A stretch of 63,742 nucleotides of DNA, counting the filler, from Folioceros fuciformis (lineage: Eukaryota), in the NCBI GenBank assembly GCA_049999805.1. It is 10 parts of 10 records of this genome, joined end to end, with 100 filler letters (N's around TTAATTAATTAA, not from the genome) between each part and the next. Parts side by side here need not be neighbours in the genome. Positions count along the whole stretch, not along the records: positions 49,160 to 60,490 come from JBNGIO010001130.1; positions 60,591 to 63,742 come from JBNGIO010001131.1; 8 more parts are not named here. One strand, given 5' to 3'. Positions 49,474-60,630 of the stretch are shown one piece after another (the stretch's first letter is position 1; every line of letters begins with the position of its first letter). A program made the translations under genes and the position numbers. The notes beneath the pieces are model-generated. The model did not search any database. It worked only from the letters and a program-made list of their open reading frames with translations, and was not told the origin of the DNA.

Positions 49474-50831
49474 AGTCACTTAAGGTGGCGTACCTTGGTA
49501 TTGAAGAGGATAGATTATAAGATATTGTATTATTGCAACACATCTAGATAAGCTAGGCACACTTTTCTTGCTCTTATGAGCTTTCCTAGCTCCTACACAT
49601 ACCAAGCAGATGGGATAGGTGCATTATTCAATAGCAATACCAATAGTGGGAGGAATCCAATGTGGAGGAATAAGAGCACCTTATGGGTTTTCCCACCTAT
49701 GACACGCAATGTTGCCTGAGGACTTGCTATGGACCTAATGGCCATCACCTAGCTCATTAGCATTTGCTTGGCCTATCAGCCATTAGCTTTTTCCACAATC
49801 CCCATGCTGCACCCTCCCGGAGCTTTTCCCCCACGTGTTGTGTTGACATGATGCATTTGCTATTCCATGGTTGCACCAGCTAGTCTTGTGCAGCTATTTT
49901 GGGAATAGAAGGTCCAAGGACATCTAGGATAACCACAACACCCTCTTGTTTATAACAAACATCACAACTGAATCTTGCCATAGACACAACTGAGCAAGGA
50001 TAAGTAAGGCAATGAGCAACTTGTTTGGTGAGATCAACATCTCCTTTACAAGCTGCCAAATGGATTTTAATACATTGTTCCATGGCTGGTTTATCATGAA
50101 GGATTAACATGCTGAGTGCATGTTAGAGTCAAGCGCAATTACAACTTGCTCATGCCACATTTCCATTAGTATGGGATGTAATGGGCAAAGCAGATGTCCT
50201 AAGAGGATGCTTTGCAAACTTTCCCAAACTATGGCCCACCTGCCCATGCCCCTATGGCTTAAGAGTAGACATGGAAGAATTACACTTAGGATTAATTTGC
50301 GCACCACTACTAATAAAAACTTGTTAACAAGGGCTGTAGCACACCTCACGAGAGTTGGTTTATCACGGACAGAACAAAATAAACAGCAAATGAGAAGTCT
50401 AAGCGTATGACTACAAACATGAATCTCGAGTGTAAGACCCCCTTGAAGGTAAAGCACCTCACACTGAACACGTTGAAACCAGTACAGCAGTAAAACCACG
50501 ATGTCCTCGACAAGTGGCAGTGAAGAGGAATGAATATGTCAGCGCACATATTGATGTTTGAGAGGGCACTAGTGGGATCTAGCCACGCCGGAAACTGCTG
50601 GTCAGGACCTTTGATTTCTGCTAACTCGACGTCCTGAGGTGCAAGCAGATGCTGTCCAACAGCGGGCCGGGACCGCCGTGTGATGGGAAGCCTCCAAACT
50701 GAAGGCTTAGAGAACGGCACACAGAAATGTCTCATGAATGCATCAACACCAGTGAGCAGCAAACTGCTATCGTCCAACAAATCGATTGAGTCAGCTCACC
50801 AATCTTCTGTGGCTTTACGTTCTGAGGCCCC

Positions 50832-53800
50832 ATGGATACACTTCCTTCCAGATCTGTGTCACGGCCAACAGCTGCGTCTTGGACGGCTGCCATATCGAGC
50901 CACAGCAAGGCGGGCCGATGTCGGGAGGCTCTCTCGTGCTACGAACAGATGCAGCAGGAAGGAATGGAGCCTGACAAGTACACGATTATCACCTTGCTCA
51001 AAGTGTGTAGCAGGTTGGAAGATCTGGGAGAGGCCAAGCGGATCCATAGGGACGCAGTTCAACATGGGTTTGGGTCCGACGTGTTTGTGGGGAGCGGTTT
51101 GGTGAGTATGTACGCGAAGTGTGGGAACCTGGTAGAAGCACAGCGTGTGTTTGACAGCTTGGCGGAACGTGATGTCGTGTTGTGGAATGCGATGGTCGCA
51201 GGATATGCGAAGCAGGCGCAAGGACAGAGGGCCTTGCAGCTCTTTTGGCGGATGCAGGAGGAAGGGATCCAGCCGGATGCACGGACTTTTGTCAGCGCTC
51301 TTCAGGCCTGTGGCAACCTCGCGGAGGAGGAGGGGGTCAGGGTATGTGAGGATGGGCAAAATGTGAAGGCGGAGTCGTTGCGGAAGGGGAGGAGAATACA
51401 TATGGAAGCCGGCAAAAGGGGCTTTGAGAACGATGCCTTCGTGGGTAACACCTTGGTCAGCATGTATGCCAAGTGTGGAAGCATCGTGGATGCTGAGAAG
51501 GTATTTGGCAGGCTGTCGGAGCGCAGTGTTGTTTCATGGACTGCGATGCTCGCGGCATACACCCAGCAGCACCAAGGGGAAGAGGCCTTTCGGATGTTTC
51601 TCCAGATGCAGGAGGAAGGGGTGTGGCCAGATGCTCGGGCGTTTGTCAGTCTGCTTCGGGCTTGTGGGAGTGTGGTGGAGAAGGAAGAGGGTTCGATTGT
51701 TGGAGGGCACGTCGTTAAAATGGAGTCACTGAGGAAGGTACGGGAAATACATGCTGCAGCTGCATTAAGTGGGCTTGAATCGCATGTGTTTGTAAGTAGC
51801 TCTTTGGTTAGTTTGTATGCAAAGTGTGGAAGCATAATGGACGCGCAGCAGGTCTTTGACAGACTGTCCACACATGATTTAGTGACTTGGAATGCCATGC
51901 TTGCGGCGTATGCTCAGCAGGAGCACGGGCAAAAGGCCTTGCGTCTGTTTTGGGAGATGCAGGACCAAGGCATCAGGCCAAACGCTAGGTCGTTTGTCAG
52001 TGCTATCCAGGCATGCAGTAGCCTTGCGAAGGAGGAGGAAAGTGCACTTGTGGATGGACAGTATTTGAAGGTGAAGTCATTGCGAGTGGCAAAGGAATTA
52101 CAGGCTGGAGCGGCAGCCAGAGGTTTTGAATCAGACACCTTTGTTGGTAACACGTTTGTTAGCATGTATGCAAAGTGTGGGAGCATCAGAGATGCAAAAC
52201 AGGTGTTTGATAGATTGTCTAAGCGGAATTTGGCGACATGGAATGCCATTATCGGGGCATATGCCCAGCTGGAGCAAGGGGAGCATGCTTTACAGCTTTA
52301 TCACCGAATGCAAGAGGAGGGGGTTAACGGTGATGCTCGGACATTAGTCAGTGCTCTCCAAGCATGTGGCAGCCTCGCAGGAAAGGAGGAAGGTGCACTT
52401 CTAGATGGAGAAGATGTCAAGATAGAGATGCTGCAGAAGGGGAAGCAAGTACATTCTGCAGCATCTGGCCTGGGTCTTGAGACAGATGTATTTGTCGGAA
52501 GCAGTTTGGTTAGTCTGTACGCGAAGTGTGGTAGCCTCGTGGACGCACAGCAAGTATTTGATGGATTGCCTCTGCGCAACATTGTGTCATGGAATGCAAT
52601 GATTTCAGCGGCTGTACAGCAGGACCAGGGAGAAAGGGCTTTGCAGGTTTATCATCAATTGCAAGATGAAGGAGTGAGGCCAGATGCATGGACCTTTGTG
52701 AGCGCTCTCAAAGCATGTGGCTCCCTTGCTGAAAAAGAGGAAAGTGTGTTTGTGGGCTTTCAGAGCGTGAAGGCGGTGTCTCTTCAAACGGGGAAGGAGA
52801 TACACGCGGCAGCTGCTTCGAGTGGGTTTGAATCAGACGTATTTGTGGGTAACACCTTGGTCAGTATGTATGCAAAATGTGGCAGCATCAAAGATGCCCA
52901 ACAGGTGTTTGACAGGTTGTCGGATCGCAATGTGGTATCATGGACTGCCATGATTGCAGCATACGCTCAGCAGAGGCAAGGAGACAGGGCTTTGCAAGTC
53001 TATGCCAGGATGCAAGCAGAAGGGGTGAAGGCAGATGATGCGACATTCGTCTCCATCCTGGAGGCTTGCAGCATCTCAGGGGCATTAGACACCTGTCTGC
53101 ACATCCACGAATGGATCATGGGGAGTGGATTGCAGCATAGGCCGTCTGTTGCACGTGGTCTGATTCACGCTTACAGTAGTTGTGGGAGCATGGTCGATGC
53201 ACAACGTGTGTTTGACTCACTTCCCAGTCATGATGTTGCATCGTGGAGTGCACTGATCTCTGGGTATGCTCAGGTCGGAGACTTCGAGAGAGGCAGGCAG
53301 TGCTACGAAGATATGTGCAATGCAGGTGTCAATCCTGACCAACGCACATTTTTGGCACTTTTGTCGGCATGCAGCCATGCTGGCAAAGTGGCGGAAGGAC
53401 TGGAGTACTTTGACACCATGATCACCGATCATGGAATACCTGCGGAACTGGAGCACTATACCTCAGTAATCGACCTGGTTGGACGAGCAGGTCTCTTCGA
53501 CAAGGCAGAATATTACCTTTCCGAAATGTGCATGGAGCCTGATTTGCCCTTGTGGTTGTGCTTGTTAGCTGCTTGCCGATTGCACGGTAACGTGGCTCTA
53601 GGACGGCGTGCATTTGATGCAGCTATCAAGCTAGATCCGGAACTAGCTGCACCCTACTCGATCATGGCAAACATCTATGCAGATGCTGGCAGGTTGGACC
53701 ATGCCAGGCACATAAGCGACTTGAGAAATCTCTCAGAAGCATCAAAAGATCCTGGTCGAAGCTGGATCCAGCACGGGCAGAAGGTGCACTATTTCCTGGT

Positions 53801-53918
53801 CCGAGATCACAGGCATCAGCAAGAAGCACAATTGTATGGAATTTTGGAGAAGCTACATTCGGAGCTGAAAAATGTTGCCTCTGGTCCTCAACAATATCTG
53901 AGTGGAGAGAATTGGTGA
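50832..53918 (+). CDS. PLS-class PPR protein, E+ subclass, with elongated L motifs
   Basis: Intronless 1028-aa ORF of P-L-S triplets, E1 (LPLWLCLLAACRLHGN), E2 and KDPGRSWIQHGQKVHYFLVRDHRH; no DYW deaminase. The ATG lies right at the first repeat, so a 5' exon or transit peptide may be missing. Confidence 0.94.
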   Translation: MDTLPSRSVSRPTAASWTAAISSHSKAGRCREALSCYEQMQQEGMEPDKYTIITLLKVCSRLEDLGEAKRIHRDAVQHGFGSDVFVGSGLVSMYAKCGNLVEAQRVFDSLAERDVVLWNAMVAGYAKQAQGQRALQLFWRMQEEGIQPDARTFVSALQACGNLAEEEGVRVCEDGQNVKAESLRKGRRIHMEAGKRGFENDAFVGNTLVSMYAKCGSIVDAEKVFGRLSERSVVSWTAMLAAYTQQHQGEEAFRMFLQMQEEGVWPDARAFVSLLRACGSVVEKEEGSIVGGHVVKMESLRKVREIHAAAALSGLESHVFVSSSLVSLYAKCGSIMDAQQVFDRLSTHDLVTWNAMLAAYAQQEHGQKALRLFWEMQDQGIRPNARSFVSAIQACSSLAKEEESALVDGQYLKVKSLRVAKELQAGAAARGFESDTFVGNTFVSMYAKCGSIRDAKQVFDRLSKRNLATWNAIIGAYAQLEQGEHALQLYHRMQEEGVNGDARTLVSALQACGSLAGKEEGALLDGEDVKIEMLQKGKQVHSAASGLGLETDVFVGSSLVSLYAKCGSLVDAQQVFDGLPLRNIVSWNAMISAAVQQDQGERALQVYHQLQDEGVRPDAWTFVSALKACGSLAEKEESVFVGFQSVKAVSLQTGKEIHAAAASSGFESDVFVGNTLVSMYAKCGSIKDAQQVFDRLSDRNVVSWTAMIAAYAQQRQGDRALQVYARMQAEGVKADDATFVSILEACSISGALDTCLHIHEWIMGSGLQHRPSVARGLIHAYSSCGSMVDAQRVFDSLPSHDVASWSALISGYAQVGDFERGRQCYEDMCNAGVNPDQRTFLALLSACSHAGKVAEGLEYFDTMITDHGIPAELEHYTSVIDLVGRAGLFDKAEYYLSEMCMEPDLPLWLCLLAACRLHGNVALGRRAFDAAIKLDPELAAPYSIMANIYADAGRLDHARHISDLRNLSEASKDPGRSWIQHGQKVHYFLVRDHRHQQEAQLYGILEKLHSELKNVASGPQQYLSGENW

Positions 53919-54149
53919 CCTCTGCAGAACTCAGCGGTTTTGTCCGCGTGTACTACGCATGTCCCGACGCACTGTCCAGTAAGCTCCAATCAATAGCCGC
54001 GTCAGTGGAACCGAATCAACCGTCCGTCATGAGGTCAGACGCCATCCCGCTAATTACTAACCCATGGCCTCAGGATTGAACTGGAGAGGCCGGCATGGTT
54101 CCTCGTGTGCTGGAGCCCTGGAGGTTAGCAGCTTTATTTCCACAGCCAC

Positions 54150-55960
54150 AAAACGAGAAACTGCAAACTTGCAAACCCCCTTTCTTCGACGTACAAGCTG
54201 CATCTGGCAAGCGCACGTCCAATGCCTGCTCTTCGTCAGCCACCGAGATCGCAAGTGAGTCCAGATGAGGCAAGACGCCGGACGCACCCCTGCGCCGCTC
54301 TACAAGTTGCAGGATTAATGGCAGCCATTCAAGTCCCAGTTTGAGCAGGTATGGAGTGCACATCCACCCTGAGCACCATTAGGTTGTGCACCGGCAATTA
54401 ACATCTTCTCGAAACAGGCTATTGCCTTGTGATCTTCGTCACAAGCACCATACATCAGGGCATTCCATGTCACTACATCCTTTGTGACCATGCAGTCGAA
54501 AACCTGGCGTGCGTCTTTCACTTCGCCACATTTCGCATACATGTCCACCAGACAGTTGCCCTCCACGATATCAGCCAGCAGCCCTCTTTCGACAATCTTA
54601 GAGTGCAGTTCCCTGCCCTTCAGTAAGGCACCAGTGCTGGCACAGGCGTTCAGGAGGGAGACAAAAGTAGCATCGGTAGCCAAAATCAGACCTTCCTGCC
54701 CCATTTGTCCATACACAACAAGCGCCTCATCTCCGAGCCCTTGCTGTACATACCCAGCAATCAGGGCATTCCATGTCACCACATTCTTCGTCTTCAGGCG
54801 GTCAAAACTCTGGCGTGCATCTTCCAGTTCCCCACATTTCGCATACATGTCCACCAGGCAGGTACCCACCTTTACATCATCCAGCAATCCCGTTTGTGAG
54901 TCCCTGCCCTTCTGTAAGGCGCTTGTGCTCGCACAGACCTTCAGAAGGCAAGCAAAAGTAACATGAGTAGCCAAAAAGATGCCCGCCTCCTCCATTTGTC
55001 CATACACCTCAAGCGCTTCATGTCCGCGCCCTTGCTGTGCATACCCAGCAATCATGCCATTCCATGTCACCACATCCTTGGAGGCCAAGCTGTCAAAAAC
55101 CTTGTGTGCGTCTTCCAATTCACCACATTTTGTACACACGTCCACCAGGCGGTTGCACGCAACTACGCGATCTAGCAGCCCTCTTTCGACAATCTGTGAG
55201 TGCAGCTGCCTGCCTTTCTGTAAGGCACCAGTGCTTGCGCAGGCCTTCAGAAGGCAAGCAAAAGTAAGAGGGTCAGCTACAATGAGCCTCTCTTGCTTCA
55301 TTTGTCCATACACGACAAGCGACTCATGTCCAAGCCCCTGCCTTAAATACCAGCGATCAAGGCATTCCATGTCACGACATTCTTTGTGCTCATGCTGTCG
55401 AAAACCTGGCGTGCATCTTTCAGTTCACCACATTTTGCATACGTATCCACCAGGCAGGTGGCAACAAACAAGTCAGGAGGAAGGCCACTGTGCAACACGT
55501 CACAGTGCAATTTTCTGCCACATTCCAAGTCAGAGGCATATGCACAAGCTTGTAGGGCAGCTACAAAGACGTGACCATTCAGCTTCACTCCTGCCTTACG
55601 CATCTCATAATATAGTTGTAAGCCCTCATTAGGTTTCCCACATTTGGCACACGCAAAGATGATGGAACCCCACGTGATAACATCCGGTTTTCCTACCCTG
55701 CTGAAGACATCCATGGCTTCCTCTAGCCTACCTACACATGCATACATGCGCAAGGTATGGTTCCCCGTGCATGCACTCGACTCGTACGCAAGTTTGACAG
55801 TCAGGTCATGTACGCGTCGCGTCGCCCCACAGTCAAATCTTTGTTAGCTGTACAAGAGAAAAACAGTTTCAGCACAGTAAAAAACAGAAACTGAGGATCA
55901 TCAGCATTGTCTGTGCCGTAGATTAGAGGGCTGCAACGGCTTCCGAAAGGGTCCCTGGTG
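54150..55960 (-). pseudogene. PLS-class PPR pseudogene (different subfamily, normal-length L motifs)
   Basis: PPR repeats (KDVVTWNGMIAGYAQQG, TFACLLKACASTGALQKGRQLH) split by a frameshift near 55345, an internal deletion (KGRDSQTGLL) and a collapsed C-terminus. Confidence 0.85.
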
Positions 55961-56114
55961 ACATAACGTGCTCACAGTTACAACCTTGTTAGCTGTACAT
56001 AGTTTCAGCACAGTGCAAAACAGAAACCGAGGAACACGAGCGTTGTCTGCGCCGTAGATTAGAGGGCTGCAACGGCTTCCGAGAGCGTCCCCTGCTGACC
56101 TAAGGTGCTCACAG
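55841..56114. repeat. Two-copy direct repeat of about 130-145 bp at the 5' end of the PPR pseudogene
   Basis: TGTTAGCTGTACA..GTTTCAGCACAGT..AAAACAGAAAC..GCCGTAGATTAGAGGGCTGCAACGGCTTCCGA..GTGCTCACAGT at about 55841 and 55987. Confidence 0.88.
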
Positions 56115-57394
56115 TCACAGCCTTAACAACGCCCATATCCGAACCTGCACGGCTCCCTTGTTCAGTCTTATTGGGAGATCTGGACTTGGCATTGGCACCT
56201 GCAACCTTCTTCCAGAGATGATCATTGTTGACGAGGGGCTGCTAACCTCAGCCGATGATGAGGGAAGTGCTATCAAGTTGGACGACTTCGCAGGGCTCGA
56301 ACAGGTGGCAATCAAGGGAAAGAGGAGCGATGCAACTCTATGTCACATAAAATTGTCCGCAGGCTTCCCAGACCTCCAGATTTGCCAGACTTGGCGATGG
56401 GATGCTTCTCTTGTTTACTGTCGTAGATGTGGTACCCCTCACCAGGAGTGAGGCTCTCAGCCAGCCACAGGGCTCCTGGAGGCCCATTTTGTACAAGCTA
56501 CGAAAAAATGCTCCCCAAAAGAAACAAATTCTCTAAAGCGCGTAATAAGTAACGAAACGACAAGTGGCAAAAACTCAAATCCCAGTCTCGTGTACCTGTA
56601 AGCCGAATCCGGCAAGCCCAGCCCCGATTCCACAGACTATGATGCCGGGCCCGCACCGGGGCTGGATCCCTGACCTCCAACACCCAGCCAGACCGCAAAC
56701 GAGTCTACAAGAGGCAGACGCTGCGCGTGAAATCTTCCCTGCGATTCCTCGGAGTTGCGAACCTCGACCGCAGATCTTCACGGTGGTGGTGAACCTAGCC
56801 CGCTGGTGATGAGTGGCGACCGCAACGTTGAAGATCGTGCTGTAATGCCCATGAACTGCAAACGCGTGCAAGCTTGCCAAGCCCTGAAACTCTAGGGAGG
56901 GTTTGGCTTCAAATGGGCGCTTTGTGGTAAATTCCTCGTGACGCGTGAACCCGCTCCTGCTCATGTAAGCACACTGGGAAAGGTGCTCTTCTTTTCTTTT
57001 GAAATTAGACAGCTTCCACAGTGGTGGGTGGATCCAAATTTGTGATTTATGTTTCTGACATGGGACGGGGGAGGACATGGCGAATTCGATACTTGCTTAA
57101 GGGGCGCAGCTGGCCGTGGTGAATGCAGGCTGACTCCCGGTAAATAAAGCGAGCTATGTAGTATGCTGCCAGGCCTGTTGTCTTGATGCTTTCTGTTTTG
57201 ACGACGTAGTATACTATGACAATCTCCTGGACAGTTCCGAGACTCTCCAGGGTGTGGCTGTTGTCAGGTACCAGGAGAAGGGAGACGCGCAAAGTCACAA
57301 TCCGTTAGGGTTCACACTCTTAACCGACCATTCTCGGTCTCTCATACATTGGGCACGCAAATACCACAAACTAAATCCTGAAAGGAGTGTGGGG

Positions 57395-57720
57395 CAAATC
57401 CTAAGCTTTACTCACATTACGCTCAGCTTACACTGTTTACTCACAAAGCTTATTGCTTATCTACAAAGGTTGCAACTTACATAGTAAATCCCAAGCTTTA
57501 CTCACATTACTCTCAGCTTACACTACTTACTCACTAAGGTTATTGCTTATATGCAAGCTTCATATTACTTTTAGCGTACACTACTCACTCACGAAGCTTA
57601 TTGCTTATATACAAAGCTTGCAACTTACATGGCAAATCCCAAGCATAACTCACATTTACTCTTAGCTTATATTGTTTACTGATAAAGCTTACTACTTATA
57701 CACAAAACTTACTACTTACA
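57395..57720. repeat. Degenerate tandem repeat of about 90 bp
   Basis: AAATCC.AAGC..TACTCACATTAC.CT.AGCTTACACT..TTACTCAC.AAG.TTATTGCTTAT recurs about 3-4 times. Confidence 0.8.
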
Positions 57721-58791
57721 CACACAGTAACATGTGAGCTATATAGATAGAGAGATGAAAAAGGCTTCACACTAAACAATGGTACGATAAGATCTCGATG
57801 ATTATCTAACTTTAAGATATATTCATGGTAGGAGTATTTTCTATTATTGAAAAAGAGATGCGAAAGTTCTATATACTCCCTCCAAGGAACAATCTGCAAA
57901 ACATCATTCTCAAAAAGTACCTACTGCTCCCCCATGATGTGGAATAACAAAAGGCCTACCTACCTGTCAACCCCAAAAATAATCACCGAAGTGGTATTTC
58001 GGTGGTCCACCGGACTTGTCACCGGCGTGGATAAAATATATTTTTTTGGACAATAAAAGGTTATTTTGGCAAACACGAGTTCTTCGGAGTAGAAGACGTG
58101 CAGACCTCTAGCCGACCACTCAGTGAGCGGTCTGACACCGAACACGATCCGTTCACATCAGGTGTACTTGTCATCATGTAGAAGAGCGGGTGTAACCGTT
58201 TTCGGATGGTTGCAGGCATACTAGTGACGGCTAGCATAAATTTCTACTCTAGGGTATGCTACCCTTTACGCTCCAACACCTTCCCCCCCCCTCCCGCCAA
58301 TTCCCCTAAATCTCATTCCAACACCTTTGCTCTCCTCCGTCCTCTCGCTTTTTTCACCTCCGCTTGCTTTCTGTCCGCAATGACAGACTGACCTGTTGCT
58401 CCGTCTTACTTCTACTTGGGCACTCCTCCTCCTCAATCTCCTCTTCTAGAGCTGTTCTCTTCCAGCAAGTGTGTCTTCCAATTAGATTATTCTCAGCTCT
58501 CGGTTTGCAGCCCTTCGCAACCTTTCCTTTGCTTGGCGTTGTCGCTTCACATGGGGTTGCTCTTCACGACTTGACTCGGAATCCTCTGGCTCAACTTGTG
58601 GCATCCATCTACCAAACTAAACACACTCAAGGCTAGCCACACTATCTACAGTTAGTCCTTCCTACAACCTTGACATAAGCTCATTCCCTGGCAACAGCGC
58701 CAAAATGTGGAGTGAAATTCTGTGTTGGAGGACACAATGAGGGCCACATTCTCCTCTATGAAAAATAGCACTTCTCGGCTCTTGCACCCGT

Positions 58792-60490
58792 ATGATGAGT
58801 AGCACCAGCGGCCTACATGAGGGTGCAGGGGGAGGAGAAGAATCTTGGATTGATGACTTCATGCACACGAGGCCGCCGGAGCGCGGCCTCCACGGAGCTC
58901 TAGTCTCCTATGAAACGGACGTGGAGGTGGATCCGCGAGTTCCCACAATCGCGATCAACGAAGAAGCTAGCATCAAGGTGGATTCTAAAAGCACAGTGCA
59001 GGGTACGCGCAATGACCCATGATCGGTCCCTGTGGAGGCAGGTTCAAGCGGCACGTTGGAGTGGAAAAGGGTGGTGGGTACCCCAATGACGCCTACCCTC
59101 AGAGCACCTCGACCGACAAAACCCATCCCGCTCCTCCCGCTTGGTTCGTTGAACATTTTACCTCGGTTTCTGATCAAGCAGAAGGAGATATCTTTGATCG
59201 TCGTCCTTGGGAAAGTGGCCGGGACAAACCTCGTCAAGTCAGACATCAACGACTATGTGAAGCGGGTGACGCGACAGTCACCATTTTACATCCACATCAA
59301 GACAGATGGTAGTTTCTAGGTCAAGATGGCCTCGCAGAAGCTAGTAGAGGCCCTGGTCAGCAGTAGCACTCTCTTCAACGACAAATCGCCAGTCACATTG
59401 GAGCCGTGGACTTCAGGCACTCCACAAGAAAAAATAGACTTCAAACACATATTTATGTGGGTGGAGCTCCAAGGTCTTACCCTAGACCTTTTTGAGTTTG
59501 CGGAGGAGATGGTGGCGACAATTGGTGAAGTTTTTTCCCAGAGTGCACGGGTGCAAGAGCTGTGGGAAGGAGCCACTGCTAGATTTGGTGTAAAAGTGAA
59601 CAGCATAGATGAGCTCCCCGCTGGTGTCACCATTGAATCACCAGAGTTCCCTCATAGAGCCATTGTGCAATATTTCAACTACCCGGACTTACCTACACAC
59701 TGCAGAAAGTGTGGTCATGCTGATCACTTGCAGGGTGCTTGCCCCTTCATCCTGTGGCAATGCACGGGCCTTCCACCATCATCCAGTCTTACCACCATGC
59801 CAGGATACTCACTGCCTCGACAACATAGGGTAGTTAATAATACAGATATCAATCAAACATGCTACAGATGGGGTGCTTAGTTGTTTGACCAGCCGGTGGC
59901 GGACTCGACCACTATCAAAGTATGTATGTTCCTCAAAAAAAGTCAGAAGTCCAGCACATTTTACTGGACACCGAACAAAGAGCGGTTCATAGCTATCCCA
60001 TGTGCAATCTTCAGACCCCAAAAAAATACTGAGGTTGAAACGCAAAAGATGTGGGATGCAATGGAAAGCAAGCTTCATTCTATCATTTAGAAGGACTGCC
60101 TTGGCCTGGCCCTTGCGCAACAGGCTGATAAATTGATCTCTCATCCAGCTTTTGCAGTATTACACAACAACGACAATTATATAGCAGCAGTGTTCTTTTG
60201 TTTCTTCTACGAAGTTGAAGAAGACTTCGACTCCAGTCCTGAGAGCAAGAAGAACTGGATTAGGGATGACATGATGAGATAGGCCACAAAGGATGTGATT
60301 AGAGGCAAGGGCGAGGTCACTTACAACACCCATATTCTGGCCAAGGCACTTACCACGTAGCTCGGCTGTGGTAGCAATCCCCCAAGATCACAACTACAGG
60401 GAACTTACTTGTTGCTCTACGACCTCTGGCTATCCAACCTCAAGCATCCTTAATAGCTGCGGCTTCAAGCCTGGAGGGTATCCCTGCCCA
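58792..60490 (+). mobile_element. LINE ORF1-like gene, copy 2, pseudogenised by in-frame stops only
   Basis: One reading frame: VVLGKV, DGSF*VK, PVTLEPW, FMWVELQGL, IGEV, YPDLPTHCRKCGHADHLQGAC, then KVCMFLKK..TFYWTP. Eight stops and no frameshift. Confidence 0.75.
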
Positions 60491-60590
60491 NNNNNNNNNN
60501 NNNNNNNNNNNNNNNNNNNNNNNNNNNNNNNNNNTTAATTAATTAANNNNNNNNNNNNNNNNNNNNNNNNNNNNNNNNNNNNNNNNNNNN

Positions 60591-60626
<36 letters not shown>
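60591..60626. repeat. (AT)n microsatellite at contig start
   Basis: Seen directly. Confidence 0.95.

Positions 60627-60630
<4 letters not shown>

Noticed and set aside
49880..50499. Possible hAT BED-finger relic (IKIHLAACKGDV)
   Set aside because: Only one short motif; the rest of the transposase is not recognisable.
58792..60490. Stops repaired by U-to-C RNA editing or readthrough
   Set aside because: U-to-C editing is known for organellar transcripts, and this is nuclear TE-like DNA; methylation-driven mutation is simpler.
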